From the NCBI GenBank assembly GCA_964433435.1, contig CAYSRM010000002.1, positions 1,292-65,291 on the forward strand: a stretch of 64,000 nt of DNA, in the 5' to 3' direction. Of this stretch, positions 36,289 through 46,732 are shown one piece after another. Within the stretch, counting starts at the first letter, position 1, and each line of letters begins with the position of its first letter. The position numbers and the translations under genes were made by a program. The notes under the pieces are model-generated. The model was not told the DNA's origin, made no database searches, and saw nothing but the letters and a program-made list of their open reading frames with translations. The stretch is from an uncultured Victivallales bacterium. GTDB taxonomy: Bacteria > Verrucomicrobiota > Kiritimatiellia > UBA8416 > CAYSRM01.

Positions 36289-39113
36289 TCTGAGTTCTCC
36301 TGCTCAACAGGGAAAAAACACTCTTCGGAACTGCCGTAAAACAGATGGGCGAAATCATCCTCCCAGCCAACGGTTTCCGAGGGCGGCCAGAAGATCCCGT
36401 TCTTTATGCGGCAGATTACCTGTTTTGCGCATGCAACGGCAGAAGCTTCTAGATCTTTGCTGAAGTTCCGCCACATGATGATTCCGGTCTCAGTGACAGC
36501 CTTAGGCAGGTTAAAGTAGCCCGGTTCGATCAAACCCTCTTTACCATAGGTCTTGGCCAACATTCTCACGTACAGTGGCAATTGAAGGTCAACCCATTTC
36601 CCTTTTTTCTTTCCTGTTTTGGCCTGCATATACTCGAGCATATCGGCATCGGCTTTTTTCAGATGCTCCCGTTCGGGTGTGCGACCCTGGTCTGTTGTCT
36701 TATAATCAAGTACACGTAACGCGCCTGTCTCTTTATGCCTGTCCACCCTGTCGATCTGACCTTTGATCTTTATCCCACATACTTCTATCTCACATGGCTG
36801 TTCCCAGAGAATTATTTCCCAGCCTTCGGCCACCAGTTCAGAATGCCGCAAAGCGGCTGCCTTAAGCCTCTGAACAGCCGCATCAAGAGCTATCTCAACA
36901 GGTAGAGACAACGATCTGCCATAGCGGGAAATAACCCACGCTTCAGCATTCTCTGTAAGAAAAGCCGAAAGCGCTTTCTCGTCTTCGCAGCAGCGGTACT
37001 TCTTGTCTTCAGCCATCTTTCTCAATGCGTGGTGAACAAGAATGCCGAAATCCAGCGCATCAGGCCCCATCTTTTCATCGCTGACTTTCTCCATTCCAAG
37101 AACACGCTTCAGGTAGAAGCGGAAAGGACAGGCAAAGTAATCCCGGAAGGCGGTTACGCTCATTTGCCGCTGCACACTGCTTTTTTTCCGCAAATCCGGA
37201 AAATTGGGATTCAGCCGGAAACTGATTGAATGCGGACAGTTGATCCTGCGCGGCGAAATATGTGCAAAAAGCCGCGAAGCACGGTCAACCAGCTCCGAAT
37301 CCTTGCACCGGAAAAGCAACCGCGAAGGTTTCAACGGATCTCCCTGTGCAGATGTCCGGCCCGTAAGAAAGACGACCCTCCCATTCCTTTTGCGGGTTTC
37401 AATGAGAGTCTTCATAAGAAAAGCGTCCCTGGCCAGTCTTGTATCGTCATTCCTCAGTCCGATTTTCTTTCTGAAATCATCAGGAAGCAAGACATCCTGC
37501 ACATGTGTGTCGGGCACAAATCCATCGTTCATGCCGGTTACCACCAGAAAAGGCGCCGCATTGAAAGAAAGCTCAAGCCAACCTTCCATATCCAGCAATG
37601 CGTTCCCGCGATCACTCCTGTAGGTCTGATTCTCCAGCCTTGCGGCCAGAAGTTCCAACCTGTGCCGACCTTCGATTTTCGCAAGAATAGAGGCTGCATT
37701 CTCGCTGAACTCATGCAGAACCTCGTCAACAGCAGTGGCGACGTTAATAAGTTCTTTCCGCCGGGAAGCCTCCTCGGGCACATGCGTCGAAAGTATATCC
37801 ATAAGAAATTCTCGAAGCGCTTCCTCGGGGGGCGCATCCGTGAATGGCTTTACCTGTCCAGAAATCGTACTGACTACTTCAGTGAATGCAGGATATTTTT
37901 GACCGTTTACAGGATTCTGCACGAGAAAATCGACCATTCCAGAGAAGTCAAGTGGCAGATGCTCGTTTTGGAAAGCGTCCATTTCCTTGAGCACAGATTC
38001 GGCAGTGACTCCGACGGTCTCACAGAGATGCTCAAGAACATAGGGATGTCTAAGATAAGCCGCCACTGCCGCGTATCCGCCTTCGCGTACCAGATCAAAT
38101 ACGCGCTCAATCAGGCGCCACAACGGATGGTTCGACACCGGTTGGTCCGCCGGATCAAAGGCAGAAAGACCATGATTCGAGAGTTCAGTGTCAAGAAACG
38201 GAATCAAAGATCTGTCCGGGACAGCCAGGGATAATAAATCCGCATCAGCCGGCGATTCTTCACGAATCAGATCAACAACCTTTGCTGCCTGTTCTGCGGG
38301 GTTCGCGCACGGAATCAGATTGCGGCGCTCTTCAGGTATCAATATCTCTTCTTCGCGCCATTTACCGGGTATGGTCCGTCCCCACTGGTCAAAATGCATG
38401 GCATATTCCACGGGCGCATGAATCAGGACGCAAACCGGCACTATCCGGGAAAGTGATTCCAACGCTGTGACAGCTAGTCCGGGAGGGTCCGGCGTCCCGG
38501 CAAGTGTAATACGCTCGACGTCCTTTTCCAGAAAGGGCGATTTTGCCCTGTTGATTTTATAGACACAGGGGTCCTGCATGCCAAGGTCGCCTGTTTTTTC
38601 CAGGTACAACCGCTCAAGCTCGGCCAGGTCTTGCCATCTCTCCGGCTCTTCCAGGTTTTCTCCCTGCAAAGCAACCAGGCCGCTTATTGTCATTCCCCCA
38701 TCACTCAGTTCATTACGCAGGGACTGTATCAGTTCACCGGTTCGGACCGCCCAGGAGCCGTTCTGCTCGGGAACCGGCCCGGGAAAGAAACCGGAATATT
38801 CACCCGGGTCGATATCAAGAAGTAATCGGCACCATGCCGCTGAAATCGCTGTAGGTGAAGCCAATTCCAAATTGCTGTCGGCTTTAAGGAAAAAGGTCGG
38901 CTGAACAGTTGCAGGCGGAAATAAGGTCGTGCCCAGTTCTTCGCACCTCACAGCGAGCGCCTCCCTGAGCCTGCGCCCCGCATGCCGCGTCGGGACTACA
39001 ACAATATCTCTTTCAAGGTTTATAGGGGCATCATGCTTGCCGCGAAGCAGAAAATCGCAGAGGCTGGAAGTAAAGGTTCTGTCCCATCCCAGAAAGTGGT
39101 GTTCAACAGACAT
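36285..39113 (-). CDS. addB: AddB/RecB-family helicase-nuclease partner subunit
   Basis: 942 aa with a C-terminal PD-(D/E)XK nuclease motif (RVLDYKTTDQG), a degenerate helicase-like N-terminal region and an operonic position upstream of addA. Confidence 0.6.
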   Translation of the reverse strand: MSVEHHFLGWDRTFTSSLCDFLLRGKHDAPINLERDIVVVPTRHAGRRLREALAVRCEELGTTLFPPATVQPTFFLKADSNLELASPTAISAAWCRLLLDIDPGEYSGFFPGPVPEQNGSWAVRTGELIQSLRNELSDGGMTISGLVALQGENLEEPERWQDLAELERLYLEKTGDLGMQDPCVYKINRAKSPFLEKDVERITLAGTPDPPGLAVTALESLSRIVPVCVLIHAPVEYAMHFDQWGRTIPGKWREEEILIPEERRNLIPCANPAEQAAKVVDLIREESPADADLLSLAVPDRSLIPFLDTELSNHGLSAFDPADQPVSNHPLWRLIERVFDLVREGGYAAVAAYLRHPYVLEHLCETVGVTAESVLKEMDAFQNEHLPLDFSGMVDFLVQNPVNGQKYPAFTEVVSTISGQVKPFTDAPPEEALREFLMDILSTHVPEEASRRKELINVATAVDEVLHEFSENAASILAKIEGRHRLELLAARLENQTYRSDRGNALLDMEGWLELSFNAAPFLVVTGMNDGFVPDTHVQDVLLPDDFRKKIGLRNDDTRLARDAFLMKTLIETRKRNGRVVFLTGRTSAQGDPLKPSRLLFRCKDSELVDRASRLFAHISPRRINCPHSISFRLNPNFPDLRKKSSVQRQMSVTAFRDYFACPFRFYLKRVLGMEKVSDEKMGPDALDFGILVHHALRKMAEDKKYRCCEDEKALSAFLTENAEAWVISRYGRSLSLPVEIALDAAVQRLKAAALRHSELVAEGWEIILWEQPCEIEVCGIKIKGQIDRVDRHKETGALRVLDYKTTDQGRTPEREHLKKADADMLEYMQAKTGKKKGKWVDLQLPLYVRMLAKTYGKEGLIEPGYFNLPKAVTETGIIMWRNFSKDLEASAVACAKQVICRIKNGIFWPPSETVGWEDDFAHLFYGSSEECFFPVEQENSE

Positions 39114-39124
39114 CGGGCCTCCTG

Positions 39125-39652
39125 CTACTTGAGAAAATCAGGACGTAGTTTCTGTACTCGCTGGACCGCACCGGGCGACATGTGTATGCCTTTGTCCGCT
39201 TTGTGCTTATCAATGAATTTCAAAAGATATTTCTGACTCATAATGTTGACATGGAGAAGCTGAAAAGGCCGGACACGTGTATTTACAAACACCAGTGCCG
39301 CATGGACCCAAACCTTCCTGCCGGTTTTTTTTCCTATAAAGTCTTTCAACCAACGTGTCTTCTCCGCTATCAACGGAATGAGATTCTGATCCGGAACTTC
39401 GTTTATCAGCAACTCGTGATCATGAGCGCCAATTCTTCCGGGATCCTCTTGTGATTCTATAAGAATTACAGCGCCCTGTTGAGTTTCGACTACAAACTCA
39501 ATAGGCCCATGCTCTGAATCGACATCGCAGAACACGGTATAGTTTTCGGGAAGACATTCGAGCTGCTGGAGCACCAGATCATGGGCCGAAAGGTTCGGGT
39601 CTTTAGATCCATTCACCGCATATCTTTTTATAAAGAAATTCTTGAGTTTCAT
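39125..39652 (-). CDS. NERD-domain (nuclease-related domain) protein
   Basis: …HGPIEFVVETQQGAVILIESQEDPGRIGA…W… pattern resembling PF08378. Lies 11 bp upstream of addB on the same strand. Confidence 0.45.
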   Translation of the reverse strand: MKLKNFFIKRYAVNGSKDPNLSAHDLVLQQLECLPENYTVFCDVDSEHGPIEFVVETQQGAVILIESQEDPGRIGAHDHELLINEVPDQNLIPLIAEKTRWLKDFIGKKTGRKVWVHAALVFVNTRVRPFQLLHVNIMSQKYLLKFIDKHKADKGIHMSPGAVQRVQKLRPDFLK

Positions 39653-39967
39653 CTACCTCTTCCTTCCTCGCATCGCAACGGCGAATCAATAACCCGGCAG
39701 GAAAATACCCTGCGTCGGCAATACACTTCGCATAATTTTTCTGCAATCAGCGCAAAGCATTTTTAAGGATGATACATGTAAAACACAAACAGAGCAAGAG
39801 GCCATAAAGAATTGCCGAGGGCAAAAAACTGCTTGTATTAACTTCCCTTTAACATAAAAATAGTATTGTCGGCTGGCATCAGGATAGCGGAGGGTTATTT
39901 ATAAACCATCGTTTTAGAGAGTGCCGCCGTCACCATTTTTAACACTCAACAGGAGGAACAACGAGAA

Positions 39968-40240
39968 ATGACAAAAACTCAAACCATTGCATCGCTGGCA
40001 GAACGAACAGGATTATCAAAAGCACAGGTATCGGATTTGCTTGATGAACAGGCTAAGCTGGCATACCAGGAAGCCAGGAATGGATTTACCATTCCCGGAA
40101 TCGGAAAGCTTGTGCTGGTTAACCGCAAGGCGCGTATGGGAAGAAACCCGGCGACAGGCGAGGAGATTCATATTCCCGCCAAGACCGCCGTCAAATTCCG
40201 CGTTGCCAAAGCGTGCAAAGACGCAGTGCTGTCCGGCTGA
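39968..40240 (+). CDS. hup: DNA-binding protein HU
   Basis: 90 aa with the HU/IHF signature …GFTIPGIGKLVLVNRKARMGRNPATGEEIHIPAKTAVKFRVAK… and a GGAGG RBS. Confidence 0.85.
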   Translation: MTKTQTIASLAERTGLSKAQVSDLLDEQAKLAYQEARNGFTIPGIGKLVLVNRKARMGRNPATGEEIHIPAKTAVKFRVAKACKDAVLSG

Positions 40241-40303
40241 AGCACACATTGCGAGTGCAATGCATGAGAAAACACTCATGCAACGCACAAACAAACTTGC
40301 GCA

Positions 40304-40359
40304 GGCGGGAAACAATTGCTACATTGTAAATACTCATGCATTGTTTCCCGCCTTTTTTT
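40304..40359 (+). terminator. Rho-independent terminator downstream of hup
   Basis: Stem GGCGGGAAACAA (40304-40315) pairs with TTGTTTCCCGCC (40341-40352) and is followed by TTTTTTT. Smaller hairpins precede it at 40246-40300. Confidence 0.6.
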
Positions 40360-40384
40360 GGCTTTAAACTAAAGATATATACAC

Positions 40385-42577
40385 ATGTTTAATAGAAGCT
40401 TTAACTCCTTTTCTTCTGGCGTACTCTGCTGCATTGCCGCTGTTCTGATCAGCACAATGGCGACAGCAGACAGCCTGAAGCCCGAAGAGGACTTCTCCAC
40501 TATATCAACCGTTTTCGCAAAGACGTTTCCTAGCAAACATCTCTCAAGAACACGGCTTAATGATGCGATCGCAGCAACAGCATGGACTAACTACCTGGCC
40601 TCCATGGATTTTGACCGGGTTTATTTTCTGGCCTCAGATATAGAAAACTTCAGGAAGCAACAGCAACTGCTCGACAATCAGCTCAAGGCCGGGCAAGTCG
40701 ATTTCGCCTACGAAGTATTCGAAGTCTACAAAGAACGCGTTCAGAATCGATTCGAATATGTCAAACAACTTCTTGAAAAAGGATTCGATCTTGAAAAGGA
40801 CGAAGAATACAGGTGGAGAAGAAAGAAGGAGCCATGGCCACGGGACAAGGAAGAATGGAACGCAATATGGCGAAAAAAAATAAAGAATGACTACGTCCAG
40901 AATGCTGTAAGAAAAAAATTGGCCGAGCAGGAAAAGGCAAGAGAAGTAGTAGAAGAAAAGAAAGAGAAAAATAACAAAAAGGAAAATAGTGACGCCACAG
41001 AAAACGATGCTGATAATGAACTGAAGCCTCTTACACCCGAGGATGAGATCATCAAGCAATACAAACAGCTCAATACTGTATTGCAGGATTACGATGCCGA
41101 ATGGGTTCTGGAGCGGTATCTTACATCCTTTGCCCATGCTTACGACCCTCATTCCGGATATTTGTCTCCAAGTTCCGTTGAAGACTTCAACATAGAAATG
41201 AAACTTTCCCTCGTTGGCATCGGAGCCTTGCTCAAATCTACTGAAGGCACTGCGGAGGTGGTCAGGATAATTCCCGGCGGACCTGCCGACAAAGATGGCC
41301 GGCTTCAGCCGGGAGACAGGATTATTGCCGTAGCGCAGGGAGATAAGGAACCCAGCGACGTCCGCCATCTGCCTTTGAACAAAACAGTCCGGCTTATACG
41401 CGGTGAAAAAAACACCAAGGTCGTCCTGACGGTAATCCCCGCATCGGATCCTACAGCATCCACCACAAAGAAAATCGATATTATTCGAGATACAGTAGAA
41501 CTTGAGGAACAGGCCGCGAAACACTCTGTTGAAGAAATAACCCACGAGGAAAAATCCTTCAGGCTTGGCGTTGTCAGACTGCCGAATTTCTATGCAGACG
41601 TCGAAGCTAGTATGCAAAACAAGAAAGACTACCGCAGTTCTTCCCGAGATGTCCGAAACATCCTGGATCAGATCAAAAATGATAATGTAGACGGAATTCT
41701 TCTAGACCTTCGCAATAACGGGGGCGGCTATCTGCCGGAAGCAGTACACATGACCGGGCTGTTCATCAAAACCGGCCCCGTTGTTCAGATAAGAAAGGGC
41801 TGGCGCAAAAATTGGCTTGGCGACCAGGATCCTTCAGTCAGCTACGCGGGCCCAATGGTAGTGTTGGTTAACCGGCTGAGCGCTTCCGCAACTGAAATTC
41901 TGGCAGGAGCCTTGCAGGACTACGGACGGGCAATAATCATAGGCGACTCCAAGACACACGGCAAAGGGTCCGTACAGGCAATTACCGATTTGGACGAAGA
42001 CGAGAATCATGGAAAGATAAAGGTTACTACCTCTCTTTTCTATCGTATTTCCGGAGCATCAACGCAACTCAAGGGCATAACCCCGGATATCATTTTGCCT
42101 TCACCTTCAGACTATATGAAGATCGGCGAAGACCACCTCCAGAATGCCATCGAGTGGACCCGTACACATCCCGCGCAATACGTTCCCCTGGCGGACTTGA
42201 GTCAGGCAACGGTGCAACTTCGCAAAGAATCACGCCAGCGCCGGGACTCGAATCCAGGTTTTGAAAAGTACATCGAACTGTTGCAAAGAATCGAAAAAAT
42301 GTACGATAGTGGGAAAGTGCCCCTGCAGCTTGAAAAACGCATGAAACTGGCAGCCACCGAACGCAAGGTTTCCCAGCTGCAAGAAGAGCTTTCTGCGTGG
42401 GAACGGGAGGAACCCGACACAAACAGAGACGTGGTACTTGCCGAGAGTCTTAAAATCCTTGCGGACCTGAGCCAGATCCAGGGCAAACAACCTTATCCTT
42501 CTCTGACAGACAATACGGGGGAAAAGACAAAGGATATCGCGGAAACGGTATCCGAATGGCTGGACTGGTTTTTCTGA
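40385..42577 (+). CDS. carboxyl-terminal processing (tail-specific) protease, S41 family with PDZ domain
   Basis: Signal peptide, PDZ domain (…GIGALLKSTEGTAEVVRIIPGGPADKDGRLQPGDRIIAV…) and S41 catalytic region (…GGGYLPEA…SASATEILAGAL…). Confidence 0.8.
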   Translation: MFNRSFNSFSSGVLCCIAAVLISTMATADSLKPEEDFSTISTVFAKTFPSKHLSRTRLNDAIAATAWTNYLASMDFDRVYFLASDIENFRKQQQLLDNQLKAGQVDFAYEVFEVYKERVQNRFEYVKQLLEKGFDLEKDEEYRWRRKKEPWPRDKEEWNAIWRKKIKNDYVQNAVRKKLAEQEKAREVVEEKKEKNNKKENSDATENDADNELKPLTPEDEIIKQYKQLNTVLQDYDAEWVLERYLTSFAHAYDPHSGYLSPSSVEDFNIEMKLSLVGIGALLKSTEGTAEVVRIIPGGPADKDGRLQPGDRIIAVAQGDKEPSDVRHLPLNKTVRLIRGEKNTKVVLTVIPASDPTASTTKKIDIIRDTVELEEQAAKHSVEEITHEEKSFRLGVVRLPNFYADVEASMQNKKDYRSSSRDVRNILDQIKNDNVDGILLDLRNNGGGYLPEAVHMTGLFIKTGPVVQIRKGWRKNWLGDQDPSVSYAGPMVVLVNRLSASATEILAGALQDYGRAIIIGDSKTHGKGSVQAITDLDEDENHGKIKVTTSLFYRISGASTQLKGITPDIILPSPSDYMKIGEDHLQNAIEWTRTHPAQYVPLADLSQATVQLRKESRQRRDSNPGFEKYIELLQRIEKMYDSGKVPLQLEKRMKLAATERKVSQLQEELSAWEREEPDTNRDVVLAESLKILADLSQIQGKQPYPSLTDNTGEKTKDIAETVSEWLDWFF

Positions 42578-42588
42578 TAAGGAGCTTC

Positions 42589-43401
42589 ATGGTTATACCA
42601 TTTTCAAAAATGCATGGCGCAGGTAATGACTTCATCCTTGTGGACGACCGCAATAATACCTTCCCTTTTGAAGACCGCCAATGGCTTGCAGAAATAGCTG
42701 CCCGGCGAACCGGAGTAGGCTGCGAAGGAATTATCGCCGTTCAGCAATCGGAAACAGCAGACTTCAGGATGAGATTTTTCAATCCCGACGGCAAAGAAGT
42801 TGAAATGTGCGGCAATGGCGCAAGATGCGTTGCAAGGTATGCCTTTGACAGGAAACTGGCTCCTGAAAACATGTGTATTGAGACTGCGGCGGGCAACCTG
42901 AAAGCCAAAATGCAGGGGACGGATGTTAAACTTTTCATGACCAGCCCTGCCGACCTTGCCATGAACCGCAAACTAAGGATAAGCAACGGCGAAATAGTAT
43001 ACGATTTTGTCAATACCGGAGTCCCGCATGTTATTGTAAAAGTTTCCCAACTCAGGAGTTTTGATGTCAACAGTGTCGGGGCAGAGATCCGGTATCACCA
43101 GGCATTCAGTCCCGAAGGCACAAATGCCAACTTCATTGCCATTGACAGCGCCAACGAAATATCTATCCGTACATACGAACGAGGCGTGGAAGATGAAACC
43201 CTCGCATGCGGAACGGGAATCACAGCTGCGGCAATAGTTGCGTCTGCTTCGGGTGCGGTCTCTCCTCCCGTATCCGTCAATACTGCGGGGGGAGATAAGC
43301 TTATTGTTGACTTCAGGCTGCATGGAGAAGACGTAAATAGCGTCACACTCCTCGGGCCCACTATGTACACTTTCCAGGGCGAACTTAAGTATAGTTCCTG
43401 A
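42589..43401 (+). CDS. dapF: diaminopimelate epimerase
   Basis: MVIPFSKMHGAGNDFILVDD N-terminus and the two catalytic Cys regions (MCGNGARC, LACGTGITAAA). AAGGAG RBS 5 nt upstream of ATG 42589. Confidence 0.85.
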   Translation: MVIPFSKMHGAGNDFILVDDRNNTFPFEDRQWLAEIAARRTGVGCEGIIAVQQSETADFRMRFFNPDGKEVEMCGNGARCVARYAFDRKLAPENMCIETAAGNLKAKMQGTDVKLFMTSPADLAMNRKLRISNGEIVYDFVNTGVPHVIVKVSQLRSFDVNSVGAEIRYHQAFSPEGTNANFIAIDSANEISIRTYERGVEDETLACGTGITAAAIVASASGAVSPPVSVNTAGGDKLIVDFRLHGEDVNSVTLLGPTMYTFQGELKYSS

Positions 43402-43419
43402 CTGCAACCGGTATAATGT

Positions 43420-44220
43420 ATGAAGATTGCCACATTCAACGCAAACTCCATCAGAGCGCGCATTCCTATAACAGAGAGATGGCTCAAGAAAAAACGGCCG
43501 GATATCCTTTGCATCCAGGAAACCAAAACACAGGACGAATTTTTCCCCCGAAATGAATTCTCAAAACTGGGCTACTACGTATCTTTCCATGGCGAAAAAG
43601 GATACAATGGCGTGGCAATAGCGTCGCTTCAACCCCCCGACAAAATCCATTTCGGATTTTGCGACGGAAAGGGCTCTCAAGATGAGACCCGCCTTGTTTA
43701 TGCAAAGTTCGGACAGGTTCACGTGGTAAACACCTATGTTCCCCAAGGTCGGGATATCACGAATCCTGCTTACAAATATAAACTGGACTGGTTTAACCGC
43801 CTCAAAAGTTTTTTTCAAACCCGATTTACGACACGACAGAAAGTGCTTTGGACTGGCGACCTCAATATAGCGCCCACGCCGATAGATGTTCACAATCCCG
43901 AAAGACAATCCAACCATGTCTGCTTTCACAAAGACGTTAAAGAGGCTTTCCGGGATACAGTCTCATGGGGTTTTGTTGACGTTTTTAGAACACACCACCC
44001 GGGACCGGGACATTATTCTTTTTTCGACTACCGGACAAAAAACGCGGTTGAGCGGTCTATCGGCTGGCGCGTTGACCACATCCTTGCAACCGGGCCCCTT
44101 GCCAATACATCACAAGACTGCTACATAGATGTGGAACCGCGAAAATGGGATAAACCTTCAGACCACACTTTCGTCATCGCCGAGTTTGACTTTTCTGTCC
44201 ACAACCGTGCCAAAAGCTGA
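43420..44220 (+). CDS. xthA: exodeoxyribonuclease III
   Basis: MKIATFNANSIRAR…DILCIQETK…GDLNIAPT…VDHIL are hallmark Exo III/EEP motifs. Confidence 0.85.
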   Translation: MKIATFNANSIRARIPITERWLKKKRPDILCIQETKTQDEFFPRNEFSKLGYYVSFHGEKGYNGVAIASLQPPDKIHFGFCDGKGSQDETRLVYAKFGQVHVVNTYVPQGRDITNPAYKYKLDWFNRLKSFFQTRFTTRQKVLWTGDLNIAPTPIDVHNPERQSNHVCFHKDVKEAFRDTVSWGFVDVFRTHHPGPGHYSFFDYRTKNAVERSIGWRVDHILATGPLANTSQDCYIDVEPRKWDKPSDHTFVIAEFDFSVHNRAKS

Positions 44221-44472
44221 CTCAGGTTTATTTGTGCTGTCAGGAAAACCAGATAGTAACATGCACCCGCAGCCAGCCTGAACTCGGACCTTTGGCAACG
44301 CCGCGAACATCACGTCTTTCCGCCGGATGGCAAACAGGATAACGCCTGGGGCTGGTTTCCCGTCAAACCACATGTACGCCAGCACTCCGAAGACCATGGC
44401 GACAATAAATGAGAAGGCGACAGGCACGCCAAAAAAAAGCGAAAAGGGATACTCGGCGCTGGTTCGGGATGA

Positions 44473-45732
44473 TCAGTCCTGTTCGGATTGGCAAGGGGAG
44501 GGGATCTCAAACACCTTTTTCCCGTTTAATGCCTGATGGGCGATGACTGCGGCCGCAGCGCTCCAGCCCTGGTTTTTTGTGCCCTGGGGGGTCAAGTCAC
44601 GTCCATGCAGATATTCAGGAAAACTCCATTGTTCTCCATCCATCTGGGAGGAGTTGGCGCGGTCGATGTCTTTGGTATACCTGTGAGCCAGATCTTTTTT
44701 GTTTCGGCGGGAAAGGTCCGCTACGTAAAAGCCTGAGATTAACGGCCAGCGACCTCCGTTGTGGTATTCGTAGGGTGAATTCCGGAATTTGTAGGAATAC
44801 GTGGCCTGCAGTTCTTCCCAGTCGTCGTCAACCGGTTTGATTACCGGGTGGAACGCTGGCATGAGGGTGGTTCCTTCCATGACCAGTTTCTCGGTGATGT
44901 ACTCATCCACCTTTTTTGTGCGGTCTGCTCCTGCGACATCAAGCAGAGATACAAGAACATTTGCGAAAGAGTCAAAGCGATACCCGTATCCATGGGGAGT
45001 GAAATAAGCCATCCAGTAACGATCCTCCTTGCGTGCCCGGGCAGCTTTTTTGCCATTCCTGTAGATCACTTCATGGTAAACATATTCCGGGACGCCGTCA
45101 TCCTGGCTGAACCAGTAGTTGTCCCTGATAAGGTTTTTGAGCCGCGCTTCGCGTTCTTTCAGGCGGTGATCAGGAGTGCCGTGGACGTATTTGCGTATTT
45201 CGCACAATGTTCGGAGAACCTGGAGATAGAGGAGTTGATCATAGAGTACATATCCGTTGTGTAGAAATTCATCTGCCCAGTCGCCGGTTTCAGGGATATA
45301 CAGAAGTCCTCGCTGGTTGAATTCCCACGCGCCAAGAAGGAAATGAATTTTTTCTATTGCATCAAGCATTTCTTCAAGGAAATCGTCGTCGCCTGTTTTC
45401 TTCCAATACTCTCCGCAGCAGATAACAAACCAGAGGTTGGCGTCAACTCTGCCGGCAGAGCCCCCGTAGCTGATTCTTGCGGTTCTTGGATCCACATTGC
45501 TTGGTATTTCGCCGTGATAACCCTGGTTGTTTTTGAGGGTTTCGAGTGTTCGGCGACAGGAGAGGATGAGGTTTTCGTCGTCGGTTAACAGCGCGGCGAG
45601 CCCCATGATGGATCCATCGCGGCCCCATATCCTTTGGTAATTAGCGGTCCCGCTTGTCGAAGCCAGGAACCCGTCCCCGCTACTGCAGGCTTCGAGCATC
45701 TCAAGAGCCTTTTTGTATCCTTCAGCTATCAT
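44473..45732 (-). CDS. (alpha/alpha)6-barrel glycoside hydrolase, GH63/GH100-like (neutral-invertase / mannosylglycerate-hydrolase-like)
   Basis: …YQRIWGRDGSIMGLAAL…GDWADEF…HNGGRWP… pattern of the GH15/GH63/GH100 toroid clan. Family not resolvable by eye. Confidence 0.5.
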   Translation of the reverse strand: MIAEGYKKALEMLEACSSGDGFLASTSGTANYQRIWGRDGSIMGLAALLTDDENLILSCRRTLETLKNNQGYHGEIPSNVDPRTARISYGGSAGRVDANLWFVICCGEYWKKTGDDDFLEEMLDAIEKIHFLLGAWEFNQRGLLYIPETGDWADEFLHNGYVLYDQLLYLQVLRTLCEIRKYVHGTPDHRLKEREARLKNLIRDNYWFSQDDGVPEYVYHEVIYRNGKKAARARKEDRYWMAYFTPHGYGYRFDSFANVLVSLLDVAGADRTKKVDEYITEKLVMEGTTLMPAFHPVIKPVDDDWEELQATYSYKFRNSPYEYHNGGRWPLISGFYVADLSRRNKKDLAHRYTKDIDRANSSQMDGEQWSFPEYLHGRDLTPQGTKNQGWSAAAAVIAHQALNGKKVFEIPSPCQSEQD

Positions 45733-45766
45733 GTTTTTCCGATCGCAAAAGCTTGAGGTCTATGGT

Positions 45767-46732
45767 TTATTCGGGCCGATTACTGACATGGTATGCAAGG
45801 TCGGAGATCGACTTGATGCCTAGTTTTTGGGCTTGTTTCTCACGCATCAGCAGAGTGTAAGTATTGTTGAAGTCGACACGGTCCAGCCATATAAGCCCTT
45901 CTACTTTGTCCTTCTCTTTCACCCAATCATATACTTTCACGGGATCGCGCATTATGTCTGGATCGCTCTGGCCGTAAAAAACCGTATACGCGGTGCCGGT
46001 GTATTCATAGTAGAGGTCGATCTGATCGTTGATTAGCGATTTCCTTGCGATTTCCGAACCTACCCCGGTTTTCAATTTGACCTCATAACCCGCCTCTTGA
46101 AGAAGAGCGGCGGCCATCCGGGCAAGGATGTACTGTTCTGTGAAGTTCTTTCCACCGACGATGATTTTCGGTTTTGTCCCGGAAGCCTTTTTATCTTCAG
46201 TTTCCTGTTGTTTGTCTATCAGTCCCTGCTGTTGCAGCCAGTTTGCAGCTACTTCTTGCTCATTTATGTGTTCCACATCCACCTGCTTATTGAGTTTGCG
46301 CATGGTTACAGTAGTGAGTTTTTTCGTTAGCGGAGCCAGTGTGTCGCGAATTTCCGGATGCCTGTCTAAGACCTCCTTGCGGATTACTGGAGCGGGATTG
46401 TAGACGGGGAAGAACTGTTTGTTGTCTTCAAGCGCGATGAATCCGAAAGCGTCAATCCGTCCATCAGTTGCAAAACCCATTGCCACGTCGACCTGTTCGT
46501 TCCTCAGTGCCTTGTACGTGAGGCCGATAGACATTTTCTTTATGTTGCCGGTGTCCGGCTGGAAGTCATAAGATTCGAGGAGTTTCTTGAAGCCGTCGGG
46601 CCTTTCAAAGAACTCCACACCGACGGCGAAAATCAGGTCGTTATTGTCAGACTTCTGTTTGCAGCCGGAAAGGTTAAGGCATAAAGATACCAGAAAAAGA
46701 GCGACAATCACCTGCATTAGAAATCGTTTCAT
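45767..46732 (-). CDS. glycine betaine/osmoprotectant ABC-transporter substrate-binding lipoprotein (OpuAC-like)
   Basis: Lipobox LSGC. OpuAC-type segments …IIVGGKNFTEQYILARMAAALLQEAGYEV…DLYYEYTGTAYTVF…. ATG 46732 with AAGGAGG RBS. No permease or ATPase gene adjacent. Confidence 0.7.
   Translation of the reverse strand: MKRFLMQVIVALFLVSLCLNLSGCKQKSDNNDLIFAVGVEFFERPDGFKKLLESYDFQPDTGNIKKMSIGLTYKALRNEQVDVAMGFATDGRIDAFGFIALEDNKQFFPVYNPAPVIRKEVLDRHPEIRDTLAPLTKKLTTVTMRKLNKQVDVEHINEQEVAANWLQQQGLIDKQQETEDKKASGTKPKIIVGGKNFTEQYILARMAAALLQEAGYEVKLKTGVGSEIARKSLINDQIDLYYEYTGTAYTVFYGQSDPDIMRDPVKVYDWVKEKDKVEGLIWLDRVDFNNTYTLLMREKQAQKLGIKSISDLAYHVSNRPE

Noticed and set aside
44158-44427. 89-aa minus-strand ORF (MPVAFSFIVAMVFGVLAYMWF…) with a TM-like N-terminus
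   Set aside because: It overlaps the convergent xthA 3' end by 63 nt, has no RBS, and its non-membrane portion is low complexity. It may be a small membrane protein, but the support is insufficient.
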